Source: Podarcis erhardii
Taxonomy: Eukaryota
Direction: 5' to 3' (one strand)
Assembly: GCA_964252035.1 (NCBI GenBank)
Contig: OZ176207.1
DNA: 64,000 bases
Shown here: in pieces, positions 37,607-50,037 of the stretch
How positions within the stretch are numbered: position 1 is the first letter of the stretch
Layout: each line of letters begins with the position of its first letter
Translations under genes and position numbers: made by a program
The notes under the pieces: model-generated
Database searches by the model: none
What the model saw: only the letters and a program-made list of their open reading frames with translations
What the model was told of the DNA's origin: nothing

Positions 37607-38335
37607 AGAACAATCCCTGGGACAATTTATGTATCTGTTAATGGAATTTATGTAGCCTTCCCCTAGCATAGGTTTTCCGGGTGGATCATAAAACAAATAC
37701 AGCGATTAGAATACAATATAAAATGATAAAGACTATTAAAAACTCCAAACACAATTGCAACAGAGTATTTTAAACTCAGAGAACCAGCCCATAAGATGTA
37801 AGTTATTTTAAAAGATTGGATGAATAATACAGTCTTTACCTGGTGCTAAAACAACCACAAAGATGGCGGCAACCAAGACTTTCCCACTACTGTTACGGGG
37901 AGGCTGTTTCATCACAAGGTTGCCACTGCTGAAAAAGGCCTTCTCCTTGGTGGTTGCCCACATTGTGCATAAGAACGCATCTGCTCCCAAGGTAGTGTTG
38001 GGGAGGTACATCCCCATTTGTGTTGCACATCCATCTGTTCATTCCAGTATCAAACTTCATCCATATCTTGTTATCCCTACCTGCTAAAATTCTTACTATA
38101 ATGCTTGTTAGATATATGACATCCTCCACAGAGAACAATGTGGCTTCACGTTTTTCCAAATGAGTAATATGAAGCCTGTGCATAGTAGTTTGATAATATG
38201 AGCACCAGAAATAACCTCTTTCTGAGCCAACAATTCCTTGAAATAGTAAGTTGAACTCCCCACTTACACTTAATTCTTTAGCTTAACCTATTTTATCCCA
38301 TTGTTTTCAATTGGAAATATGATTATTTGGTTGGG

Positions 38336-38498
38336 ATGAGCTTTCGTGTATATGCACACTTCTTGTGTATCTGAAGAAGTGTGCATGCAAACAAAAGCTC
38401 ATGCCAATAACAAACTTAGTTGGTCTCTAAGGTGCTACTGGAAGGAATTTTTTTATTTTGTTTTGACTATGGCAGACCAACACAGCTACCTACCTGTA
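38336..38498 (+). mobile_element. Hammerhead-bearing Penelope-like repeat with an inverted 5' duplicate
   Basis: Monomer at 38365-38498; inverted partial copy at 38336-38364; the plus-strand core has GAAA changed to AAAA. Confidence 0.78.
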
Positions 38499-39570
38499 TT
38501 TGACTGGGGACAGAGCCTTCTATATTCACATCTGCATTCATAAAGCATTCCTTTTTGGAGTCATTTGTGAGCTCACTGTACAAATAATCAACAGTCCACA
38601 ATCTACCTGTGAATTGTGTTCACAATGGTTAACCACTACAATTCCCTGTATTTCCCATAGCTGGATGAAGATTGTAGCATCCATTCTAAAGGTTTGCAAA
38701 TAAAATAATATCATAGCTGGTTCAAAAAAGTGAAAGCTTTTATTCCTGAGCTACCCAGTCTTTTCTCAAACAGCAATAAAAAAATATAACAGTTGAATAA
38801 AACTAGATGCATTGTGATTTCAAATTCCATTTTCTATCAACTATTCATACATTATTGTCGGGCTCATATAATTATCTCTGTGTCAAACCCTTGGCAAGGA
38901 GTTCAATGAAGTCTTTCTAGCTGAGTGGTTAATAAGCAGTATCTTATATAAAGTCTGCCAGTTGCATTGTTGCAGTTCTTAAACACCACATTAATAACAT
39001 CACACAGATGTTCTCACAAGTTTAGCTACTATTGGGGTCAAAAGAATGTCCATCAGGACAGCTGTTCCACAGCCAGATTCCTGGAAACATTTTCCCTACC
39101 TATCTCCTACAAGTAGCCCAGGATTGTTCTGCAAACCAAAACAAAATACCTTTTACATCCCAAGTTTTGCCTTTATGGAGTTCAAATGTCGTGAAATAGG
39201 CTCTGTGCAACAACAAACTGTGAAAAACAGTTCAACTGCTTTCATATTCACTCGCTCTTGACCTCGTTCACTACCTTTATCTCCTCTACTGCTTCTTCCA
39301 GATAACCCACCTTGTAAGGGATTGTGTCATGCCATCACCGTATCCTCCAACATTTTCCTCCCCAAAATGATTTGTGTGGTATTTCACCCAAAGAAGCCAC
39401 CATGATTTCTTGCTGTGAATCCTGCAAGATCCGCTCCTTGCTTTGTCTGCCTTATTTCCACCTGGCCTGGGAGGGCAGAGCCCTGGCTGACTGGCTGCAA
39501 AGGCTACTTGTCCTGCTCCAAATGCCTAGGATTTATTGCTCAGGGTGTTGTTGCTGGGGTCAAGATTTAG

Positions 39571-40714
39571 TTGCGTGTCGAGGACCCCCATGACACCCCC
39601 AGATAAAGACACGGTTCACATATCATTTTTGTTTTGGTTTTTGGCATAATTTTGGCCACAACTTTATTGAATTACAGAAGGTGAGTGGTTGCTTAGGCAT
39701 TGGTTAGCAACTATCTTTTCCCACTTAGAGGTAGGAACAGAACTGACAACTGCAAGCCTGCGGAAATCAGTAAGGGTAAACATTTTTGGGGAGAGAATAG
39801 AGCTGGATGCCAGGCTCTTAAAGGTAAAGGGACCCCTGACCATTAGGTCCAGTCGTGACCGACTCTGGGGTTGCGGCGCTCATCTCACTTTATTGGCCGA
39901 GGGAGCTGGCGTACAGCTTCTGGGTTATGTGGCCAGCATGACTAAGCCGCTTCTGGCGAACCAGAAACGCCATTTACCTTCCCGCCGAAGCGGTACCTAT
40001 TTATCTACTTGCACTTTTGAACTGCTAGGTTGGCAGGAGCAGGGACCGAGCAACGGGAGCTCACCCCATCGCGGGGATTCGAACCGCCGACCTTCTGATC
40101 GGCAAGCCCAAGAGGCTCAGTGGTTTAACCCACAGTGCCACCCGCGTCCCTTGCCAGGCTCTTACCTCTCCTCAAATGCTCCCAGGGGCTCTTGCGTGGT
40201 CCTAGCCCCTTGTCAGGGGTTCGGACAAAAGCATGGCGAGCCCCTGGATTCCTTTACCGGAATACCCTTGCAGCAGCAGCATTGGAGGGTCAGGCACAGC
40301 CAACCACATCCCCTCCACCAACCAAAACTAACCAATGCCTAACCACAACCTTACAAGTTGTGACAATTTGCTACGCAGTAGGCAAAACCCAAATGGCACC
40401 ATCCAATCAGCCAAATGGTAAAATTCCTACCAAGCCCCTGCCCCAAAAGCAGATGACCCCATGACAGGCATAGTAAGGTCAGCATGAGCAAACCCTAAAT
40501 AAAGGGAGGGTGGGTATGTCATCCGATCTGTGCAGCGAAAAGAGGAAGCTCAACGCTGCACACAGGTAATATATAGCACCCCCGTAAATCAAATAAGATT
40601 GCAACAATAAATTCTCCCCAGCAGCAATTGGAGGTCCCCAATCAAATTTGTGGCCATCCATACTAACCCGCCAAGCTACAGGGGATGCCATGATTGCCCC
40701 CACCACAACACGTG
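39571..40714 (-). mobile_element. Solo LTR-like element, family X copy 2, containing a Sauria SINE
   Basis: Element-oriented ends CACG-TGTTGTGG ... CCTCGACA-CGCAA; minus-strand AATAAA at 39663-39668; collinear with 2364-3151. Confidence 0.78.
39821..40150 (-). mobile_element. Sauria SINE, full length
   Basis: Exact 13-bp TSD tgccaggctctta (39808, 40152); tRNA-like head and (ACCTTT)n tail. Confidence 0.93.
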
Positions 40715-40844
40715 CTTTCCTTGAAGGAGAACCACTTTGTGGAGAGACATTGTTCCCCCCCCACCACCACCACTATTACGTTCTTACACTCTTATTCCTA
40801 GGCCTTATAACAAAATATCAATTAAGTGTTTCATATATTTATTA

Positions 40845-41198
40845 GGAGACTCTTGAGAGTCCCACGGACTGCAAGAAGATCAAACCTATACATTCTTAAG
40901 GAAATCAGCCCTGAGTGCTCAATGGAAGGACAGATTGTGAAGCTGAGGCTCCAATACTTTGGCCACCTCATGAGAAGAGAAGACTCCCTGGGAAAGACCC
41001 TGATGCTGGGAAAGATTGAGGGCACTAGGAGAAGGAGACGACAGAGGACGAGATGGTTGGATAGTGTTTTCAAAGCTACCAGCATGAGTTTGACCAAACT
41101 GCGGGAGGCAGTGGAAGACAGAAGTGCCTGGCGTGCTCTGGTCCATGGGGTCATGAAGAGTCGGACACGACTAAACGACTAAACAACAACAACAACAA
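40845..41198 (+). mobile_element. RTE-BovB LINE 3' fragment
   Basis: Encodes RRLLRVPRTARRSN...RLQYFGHLMRREDSL...RQRTRWLD; (CAA)n tail; 10-bp TSD atatttatta (40835, 41199). Confidence 0.92.
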
Positions 41199-43179
41199 AT
41201 ATTTATTAATACGAGATGTTTTCATTAGCCTATTGCTTATGACTCCTTGGTTTTTGTCCTGTCCTGCCACTGTTAACAAATTAGTTAGTCTTCGCTTTTG
41301 TGAGCCACCTTGTGTGTGGTATGCTATGGAAATAGGTGATGGTAATGGCATACTATGATGGGATAGTTTAATGCCAGGCAAATGAAAGAGGCCGTAAACA
41401 AACAAACAAAAGCCAACTGTTGGCTGGCATTTATTAAGCAGAAGTGTTTTAATTAATGTGCCAAACGAAAGATCAAATTGTAGTAGGCAGGAATGTGAAA
41501 TTTGAAACCAATACAATTAGCCTTGTGAAAGATCAAGAACCCTTCTGCTGAGGGAAGCAGAAGATTGTTAGCTGAAAGGCATTATAGCAATGAGTATGTG
41601 TCCAAGATCGTCTGCTTGGCAATATGCTGACAACAGCAAGAGAAGCAGGTGCGGGGGTCCAACTGGCATCATCTTTACATGCTGTGCACCCAAGACCAAA
41701 AAATAACACTCATTATAAGCCTTCGCCTGTATCTGGGCACAGAGCTGTGGGGTTCCTGCTTCAAGACTATTATCAACCTCTCTTGTCTCCTCAAGGTCAG
41801 TGTCTGTATAGGCAGCATTAGGGTTTCCACTGACAGCACTATTCTGAAGCTTGGGAACTTTCCCCTTTTTTTAAAGCAGGAAAAGAGAATACAAGGCAAC
41901 AGGTGTTCCTGTTATTTTGATCATCATCATTAGACTTTTACTGATTTGCATTTGACACACTGCAAATAAGTCAAAAAATCAGGTACAGGCAACACAAGTG
42001 TAAGAATGGCATAATCCTGAGCCAAAACCCAACTTTTAGCTCAGATTTTGCAAAGCTGTTCTCCCACCAAAAATATGTATGGAAGGGCATCTGCTAAGGG
42101 AAAGCATGTGTCGAATGTGCATATTAGTGAAAACAGCATAGATAAGGGGAAATTGCTTGTTGCATACATGTTGAATATGAAAAAACACACACTAAAATGC
42201 TTACACATTTTCATGAGGACTTTTTTAGGGGGGCAGAAGGGGTTGAAATGTGGCAAACTGAATTTAGGACTAAAAAACTAAGAATTGGTAAAGTTGTTTG
42301 CAGTCTCAGCACGGGAGGGATTTCACATAAAGATCTTCTGTCCTCCAAACAACAGAACAGATTCCTGCAATTTATGGCTTCTTGTCTTGGAGAGCAATCC
42401 TTACTTAAAGTATTTGTACTTGAACCATCCTGGAGAGCTGCTTCCAGCCAGAGTGGAATAATACTGGTGTCCTGGCCTGGTATAATTCAGCTTGCCATCG
42501 TAATAATTGTTCTGTTTACTATATAGCACTTTCCCCATTTATCCTCACTACAAGCCAATGAGGCTGAGTAGAAAGAATAAACTTTATTGGGAGCACAATC
42601 CATCGCTGGTTTATCGCTTTCAAGTCCAATTCATTTCAGTGGAAGAGATTTAAGTGTATGCTTTACTTTCTTCTTGAAATTACTGGACCTTAAAATATTT
42701 AGCTTCCAAGGAATGATGCCCTAAATAAATAAGTGTGCATTCTACATTTGCAAAATCAAAGTGAATGAAAAGTGAATTTGAAGTTATGAAGCCAATTTTT
42801 TTATTAGCCCGGCGTTGCTTTTATTCGTTTGCCAGCAGGAGAAAAGGATCAAGACTGCTTAAAGGTTTGACAGGTCCGCACAATATACAGTCAATGAAAG
42901 CTCCCTGAATGATGGTAAAGTCCTGCAAAATCCATCAGAATTTTGACTCCAAATCAGTACCATTAGTGCAGGAAATTCCCTGCACCCAATACCCACAGAG
43001 AAATCTTCATCCAGATGGCAAGCCTAACATTCACTGTCTCTTAAAATGTAAATCTCGCTGGATCTCTTTGGAACACGTTGCTCAAGATGCAGGACTGATC
43101 AGAAAGTTAAAAGAACTTCACCTCTGGGTCTGTATAGAACTAAAAGCTGGGAGTTAGAAGCTGCTCCCCAACACAATTA

Positions 43180-43398
43180 CAGTGGTACCTCGGGTTAAGA
43201 ACTTAATTCGTTCTGGAGGTCCGTTCTTAACCTGAAACTGTTCTTAATCTGAGGTACCACTTTAGCTAACGGGGCCTCTCGCTGCCACCGCGCTGCTGCC
43301 GCACAATTTCTGTTCTCATCCTGAAGCGAAGTTCTTAACCTGAGGTACTATTTCTGGGTTAGCGGAGTCTGTAACCTGAAGTGTCTGTAACCCGAGGT
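43180..43398 (-). mobile_element. Tigger-like MITE family 1, copy D, one TIR incomplete
   Basis: Intact TA|CAGTGGTACCTCGGG at 43178; the other end stops at cccgaggt and is followed by a repeat of ctgtaaccc. Confidence 0.85.
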
Positions 43399-44381
43399 CT
43401 GTAACCCCAGCCTCACTTGAGTGAGATTTAGATCTTTGGCTGAGTTAAAAATATTGCCATCCCTTGGTGGAGAAAAACAGAAACTTGAGACTAGACTTCT
43501 TAGCCTTAAATATACTTATTCAGACTCTTCCAGCAGTTACTTTCTACATACTAAAATGCAGTATGACAGCAAGCGACACATCCATCTCCATCAGCAGGCA
43601 AATGTAAAAGAGGATGATCTGAGGCCAGGAGGAAATGCTTACCTTGTCTAAGTTTCCCGCCACGAAGTTCAAGGGAAATGACATCACAGAGGTGCTCTCT
43701 CTAGGGATTCAGCTCTCTGTGTCTCAACCCCTTTATACACTTCTACAGTATGACCTCAATTTTTTCCCAACAGAAAAATACACTTCAGTTGTCCCTAACC
43801 AGATAATGAAATAATAAATGATGTAAAGAAAATGAGTTAGGTGAACTTTGTCTTTCCAACAGCAGGCAGGAAAAGGTTAATTCCACCTCTTGCTTGAACA
43901 GATGAAATTCCGCAGCCTTCTACTCCCTGAGCAGGCCTTGCCATGAAGCGCAGCCAGCGGTAAAATAGAATTGATCTCCGAGTCTGTTGTTGCTTGTTGC
44001 TGAATCTCAAAGGGGGTTATAAGAAGGTTGCGCTCTGGCAAGAGGACCTAATCTTGGCAGCCAGACCATCCTGTGGGGAAAGGAAAACACAAGCTCCTCC
44101 CCTCATTTTATGAATTCCTTTAAGAGAGATTTGGATAGAAGTTTAGTTCAGCCTTCATTTGGAAAACTTTATAAAGTTTGGGCTGCTGGAAATGTCAAGC
44201 TGCATGTAAGAAGCTGTTCTTAAGCTGTTGCAGCACCCACCTGCAAAAGAGTTCAGCGCTTCTCTTTCATTCGCCTGTAGACCTGCCAGATTTGCCTTTC
44301 CCAATCTGGTGTCTTCCATATGTCCTGGCCCACAGTCCCAGTCAGCATGACCAATAGTCAGGGGTTATGGGAGCTGTAATC

Positions 44382-44525
44382 TAGAATCATAGAATTGGAA
44401 AATTGGAAAAGACCCTGAGGATCATCTAGTCCAATCCCCTGCAATGCAGGAATATGCAGCTGTTCCACATAGGGATTGAACCTGCAACCTTGGCATTATC
44501 AGCACCATGCATTAACCAATAGAGC
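44382..44525 (-). mobile_element. SINE with tRNA-Ile-like head and CR1-type 3' tail
   Basis: Minus-strand head ...gcatggtgctgataatgccaaggttgcaggttcaatccc, then ggactagatgatcc...ttccaa...attctatgattcta. Confidence 0.7.
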
Positions 44526-44805
44526 CATGCCCCATAAAATATATGGAGGTTGGGGGAGGCTGTTACAGGTTCATACAGTGGAATCTGAACTTCCTCCAGG
44601 ATTTGGACTGAACCCAGGCACCAAGTCTGCCAACTGGATACTCCAGGACAGATGGAGATGTAAGATGACTTCCACGTGCAGGTAAGCCTTGTTCAAGCAA
44701 CAAGTTCTGATTATTCTATTCCTGTACTTTGTATTCCTGCATTCTGGGTGATGTCTTGTTCCTGACTTCCTGTCTTGTTTTTCACTCCTGCTTCTCAGTT
44801 TTAAT

Positions 44806-45596
44806 TTAGATTACTGCAACGCGTTATTCATTGGGCTGCGTCTGAAGACAGTTCGGCTAGTGCAGAATTCAGCGGCCAGGTTGCTCACTGAAGCAAGATG
44901 GCTTGAACGTATTACACCAATGTTGGTCCAACTCCACAGGCTACCATTTAGTTTCCAGGCCCTCTGCCACTGCCCTCTCTGCTCACATATTGTTATGTAC
45001 TGAAGTTCTCACCCTGGGCCTGCAGGGGGATACTGAAGATAGCTATGCAAATAAGGGATCGAAAGTGATGTTCAGTGATTGGATATTTACAGAAAGTGGT
45101 TACAATTATGTGTACTGGAGCTCTATATAAGCAGGCTGACTGAACCCTTCAGCTCAGTTCTGTTCTGGCCTCTGAATAAACAAGAGCTGTTTGAAGAATC
45201 GCTGTGTCGTCTGATATGTTCACCCACAACTTAACACATATGACATGTGCAAAGTGGTTGCTCCCAGACTTCAGAACTCCTTTCTTAGAAAAGCTAGACT
45301 GGCTCCCTCCTTGTCCTTTTGCCATCATGTGAAGACTGTTTTATTCCAACAAGCTTTTGGGAACTGACGGCTTTTTAAGAAAATGGCTTTTATATTGTGC
45401 TGATGCTATTAATAGTTTGATTACTTTGATTATTAATAGTTTGATTACTTTTAATTATCTTTTATATGTTTTTAGCTTTCCGTATTTTCTGTTTGTTGTT
45501 TTAACTTGTGTAGGCCACCTTCAGTCTCAGTCTGGGGAAGAAGAAGAAGAAGAAGAAGAAGAAGAAGAAGAAGAAGAAGAAGAAGAAGAAGAAGAA
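44806..45596 (+). mobile_element. Degraded L2 3' region with (GAA)n at its end, interrupted by a solo LTR
   Basis: LDYCNALF...QNSAARLLT...ITPML motifs at 44806-44960; pieces resembling the L2 ORF2 end at ~45270-45350; (GAA)n at 45537-45596. Confidence 0.65.
44991..45236 (+). mobile_element. Short solo LTR (246 bp), family W
   Basis: TGTTA...TAACA, perfect 5-bp TSD CATAT (44986, 45237), TATATAA at 45124, AATAAA at 45175. Confidence 0.88.
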
Positions 45597-46589
45597 TTGC
45601 TGTGAAGTAATGTAGGGCTGACCAGATGCATCAATGGAGGATCACCTGATCCTCTGCTTTGTGCAGAAAACATGAGGTGAATATTTCAGACCACCTCTGA
45701 TGAGTCTGAGGTTATTCTAAATCAACGGAAACTTAAATATGGGCATGAGGAGGAAGAAGAAACTCTGCTTTACACAAGATGCAGAAATGGAACTAAATCT
45801 GATAGAGAGAGAAAAAAGAAAATGATTTGCTGTTTTTCGTTAACATAGACATACACTGAAATAATGAAATAATGCTAAGAATTGTTATCTACATTGCTCA
45901 CATTGTTTCAATGCTTTCTCATCCAAACAAAATCCTTCTCTTGCAGATTATAAAAGCCAGCAAGACATTTTGGAAGAATTCAAGTTTTAAGATAAATTAT
46001 ACTAAATCAGTGACACCGAGATAGAGCTACAACCCTGTCATAGGAAGATCAAAAGCAATTATGAACTCCCCATAGCTTTGAATGGGCTCATTATTCATGG
46101 AAATACCTGGAATAAATACAACGGGTCAGCCATTCCAGGCAGGTTATTAGAATTTAATTACCCTCACATCATGGCAGTTTCAAATGGTGGGGCAAACTGA
46201 TTATTTTTTGAATGTACATCAGGCATATGTGTTTATTTTACTGTCAAAACCAACATGATCTGCCTGGTATTAGTGTGAAATCAGGGCCACATGTCATTAA
46301 TGGAAAAGTTTGCACCGAGTTCAGCAGAGTCTTGGATTTCATTCTGTCCATGAAAATACTTGTCGCAGTTAAATACAAGCATTGTCATATAAGATTGTGT
46401 GTGTGCGTGTGCGCGCATGCGCGTGTGTGTAGCTGTGGAACATACAGGACAATCTTGAGCATGTTTTCTCAGAAGTAAGTCCTATTAAGATCAATGGGAT
46501 TTATGCACTAGAACAACCTTCCTCAAAATCTAGTGCTCTCCAAATGCTTTGGAGTACAACTCAAAATATGAATGCTCAGGAAATGGACT

Positions 46590-46733
46590 TAGAATCATAG
46601 AATTGTAGAGTTGGAAGGGGTCACAAGGGTCATCTAGTCCAACCTTCTGCAACGCATGTAACATTTGCCCAACATGGGGCTCAAATCCATGATTCTGAGA
46701 TGAAGAGACTCATGCTCTGCCAACTGAGCTATC
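46590..46733 (-). mobile_element. SINE with tRNA-Lys(CTT)-like head and CR1-type 3' tail
   Basis: Minus-strand head gatagctcagttggcagagcatgagtctcttcatctcag...gagccccatgttgggc; tail ggttggactagatgacc...ttccaactctacaattctatgattcta. Confidence 0.72.
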
Positions 46734-46910
46734 GCAGCTGACGATGGGGGAGCAGTCATTTTCCATTCTTCACCTAACCTCTTCAGATCCAAGGCTACTG
46801 ATAGTGGATGTGTATGCTCAATTCTTTTTTTCTAAAAAAACGTTTCGGGGTACTCTCATTTCGACTCAAGAAAATCACCATTTTATAGTTCAAATTGGGA
46901 AAAATAAATA

Positions 46911-47222
46911 CAGTGGTGCCCCGCAAGACGAACGCCTCGCAAGACAGAAAACCCGCTAGACGAAAGGGTTTTCCGTTTTGGAGGCGCTTCGCAAAACGAA
47001 TTTCCCTATGGGCTTGCTTCGCAAGACGAAATGTCTTGCCAGTTTTTCCGACTTTTTTCCCTTCCCCCCCTTTTTCTAAGCCGCTAAGCCGCTTATCAGC
47101 TGATCCGCTAAGCCGATAAGCCACTAAAAGCCGATAAGCCGCTAATAGCGCTAATCCGCTAAGCCGTCAATGGGCTTGCTTCGCAAGATGAAAAAACCGC
47201 TAGACGAAGAGAATTGTGGAAC
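46911..47222 (+). mobile_element. Tigger-like MITE family 2, right TIR missing
   Basis: TA|CAGTGGTGCCCCGCAAGACGAA; collinear with 10857-11167 up to ggaac. Confidence 0.88.
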
Positions 47223-47759
47223 AGTAAATGGACAAAAGTACAAAGAACATGCATTCTTCATATGAAATATTGCCCCTCAATGAGGCCAAACTTTCATCAG
47301 TAAAACATCACACATCCACATTCCAACTTCTACTTCACACAATTAAATGCTCGTTTCCATTTGAGACTCAGAAAACACCGTGACAGGAAATGAGGCCGTC
47401 ATCGGAGGAAGCAACGGAACTGACGATTCACCGTGCTAGAGAAGAAACTTTTTTTTTACAAATTTGTTTCTTCTCCCTTTAGATTCACAAAATGTTTAGA
47501 GGTATGCATACCCCTGCATCCCCCCAGAAAAAAGCACTGAGTATGCTGATAACTCACTCGCTACCTTCCAAGAAAATGATCTCAGAGAAAGGGAATGGCA
47601 GTCTGGGAAAGGCAACTTGAAAGGAAGGAGTATGAAGTTCTCAAGCCGTAAGACTCCTTCCTGCCTTTGGCAGTTATCCTAATAATATCCAGATACACTC
47701 CGATGGACAAGAATGGAAGATTCATTATATTGGCCCGAATGCAGGTATTGGAATAAATA

Positions 47760-49057
47760 TGCCCAGGTTAGAGGCCCCCAACTCCAACCCTGCTAGGAAT
47801 CTGTTTTCTGAGTCTGGGCCAGAGGAGCAAGGACAGCAGTTACAGACCTCAATGTACAGAATGATTCTCCCAGGAAGAAGAGATTGTGGTGGTGGTAGAT
47901 GACTCCCTACTGAGGGCAAGAAAGACAACAGTGTGCAAAGGTAATAGGATGCCCTGGAAGGTGTGTTGTTATCCATGTGCAAAGAGTAACAGAGAAGTTG
48001 CACATTCTTATAAAGCCCACTCACAACCCCTTCCTTCTTATTTGTGTGGGTACAAATGATACTGCCAGACACAGCCTATAATGTATAGCAAGGGACTATG
48101 AGACTCTGGGCAGGAAGCTGAAGGGCCTTATGGCAGAGGTGGTTTTTTAATCACTCCTTCCTGTTGAAGGTCATGGCCCAGGAAGAAAGAGGAAAATACT
48201 GGAAGTAAACCACTGGCTGCACAGTTGGCGTTATCGGGAAAGGTCTTTTGGCAAGAGATGGTTCTACCTCACAGTGGATGGCAATAATGTGCTTGCTAAG
48301 AGCCTCACAAACCTGATCAGCAGAGCTTTAAATTAAATCATGAGCAGGAGGGAGACAATATTACAGGTGACAGAGGAACACCTGGTACTGGGGATAATAG
48401 CTTCACTGATGCACAGAAAACTGTGGTGGTGCTACAGAACCCTAATAAACAACAGGAAACTACAAGAAGGAAGCAGCTGAAGGGAATGACTCGTGGTTTC
48501 AGTTGCCTCTATACAAATGCACAGAGTATGGGAAACAAGCAAGACAAATTTGAGCTCTTAATATCGGATGGCAGATATGACCTAATAGTCATTACTGAAC
48601 CCTGGTGGGATGAGACTCATGACTGGAATGTAGAAATGGAAGGGTATAACCTGTTCAAAAGGAATAGACCAAACAGGAAGGAAGGAGTAGCAACATTATA
48701 TGTATAGATCCACAACCTGGAGCACAGAAGGCAGATTGAGAATATAGGGATAAAAATTGTAGGAGATGGAAACAACAGTTACCTTACTGTTGGTGTTTGC
48801 TGTAGACCTCCAAGCCAGCCTGAAGATTGGATGTTGCTTCTCTAGAACAGATTACCGTACATTCAAAAGAGAGAGATATAGTAGTCATGGAATGTACTAC
48901 CTTGGAAGGTGGTGGACACTCCTTCCTTGGAGGTTTTTAAGCAGATGTTGGACAGCCAACTGTCGTGGATGCTTTACTTGAGATTCCTGCATTGCAGAGG
49001 GTTGGACTAGAAGACCCTTAGGGTCCTTTCCAACTCTACAATTCTGTGATTCTCTGA
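47760..49057 (+). pseudogene. Old CR1 relic: ORF1 esterase, start of ORF2 endonuclease, large internal deletion, 3' end
   Basis: Frameshifted VVV.DSLLR, ...[18 protein letters not shown] and VITEPWWDETHDWN; jump at ~48890 to WNVLPWKVVD; attctgtgattct tail. The 5' boundary is approximate. Confidence 0.82.
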
Positions 49058-49419
49058 AATCATCCTTGATCACCTACCAAGCTCATAAGATGCTTTGCAT
49101 CTTTAGTGATGAAACGTGATCCAAAACCTTGTTAAGCCTTATGAAATCACAAAAAAAGTTAATTCAAATTTGCATGTTAAATTCAGCTGTTGTTCAGAAT
49201 ATGCAAGGAGATGCTGGTGGTAGAGAATCAAAAATTATTAAGATTTATTTGTTTTTAATGGGGGATGCACTTCCTCTTACTGCTTGGGAATGCTTTTTGA
49301 TCCAGCTTCGCTTCTGGAGGTTAAGGTCATGGGCAGAAAAAATAGAATCATAGAATCATAGCGTTGGAAGAGACCACAAGGGCCATCGAGTCCAACCCCC
49401 TGCCAAGCAGGAAACACCA

Positions 49420-50037
49420 TCAGAGCACTCCTGACATATGGTTGTCAAGCCTCTGCTTAAAGACCTCCAAAGAAGGAGACTCCACCACACTCCTTGGCAG
49501 CAAATTCCACTGTCGAACAGCTCTTACTGTCAGGAAGTTCTTCCTAATGTTTAGGCGGAATCTTCTTTCTTGTAGTTTGGATCCATTGCTCCGTGTCCGC
49601 TTCTCTGGAGCAGCAGAAAACAACCTTTCTCCCTCCTCTATGTGACATCCTTTTATATATTTGAACATGGCTATCATATCACCCCTTAACCTCCTCTTCT
49701 CCAGGCTAAACATGCCCAGCTCCCTTAGCCGTTCCTCATAAGGCATCGTTTCCAGGCCTTTGACCATTTTGGTTGCCCTCCTCTGGACACGTTCCAGTTT
49801 GTCAGTGTCCTTCTTGAACTGTGGTGCCCAGAACTGGACACAGTACTCCAGGTGAGGTCTGACCAGAGCAGAATACAGTGGCACTATTACTTCCCTTGAT
49901 CTAGATGCTATACTCCTATTGATGCAGCCCAGAATTGCATTGGCTTTTTTAGTTGCCGCGTCACACCGTTGGCTCATGTCAACCAAGACTCCTAGATCCT
50001 TTTCACATGTACTGCTCTCAAGCCAGGTGTCACCCAT
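49420..50037 (-). pseudogene. CR1 ORF2 C-terminal portion, out of frame with the main ORF
   Basis: [35 protein letters not shown]; +1 frame offset from 50069..52333. Confidence 0.92.

Noticed and set aside
39689-40342. 217-aa ORF
   Set aside because: It runs through LTR-like sequence and an antisense Sauria SINE; no protein motif, so it is a chance frame.
45697-45740. CTGATGA...GAAA as another hammerhead
   Set aside because: No convincing stem II or stem I pairing around the motifs.
44382-46733. tRNA-Ile and tRNA-Lys genes
   Set aside because: The heads are mutated, lack intact acceptor and T stems, and are fused to CR1 tails, so they are SINEs rather than tRNA genes. The same applies to the other SINE heads.
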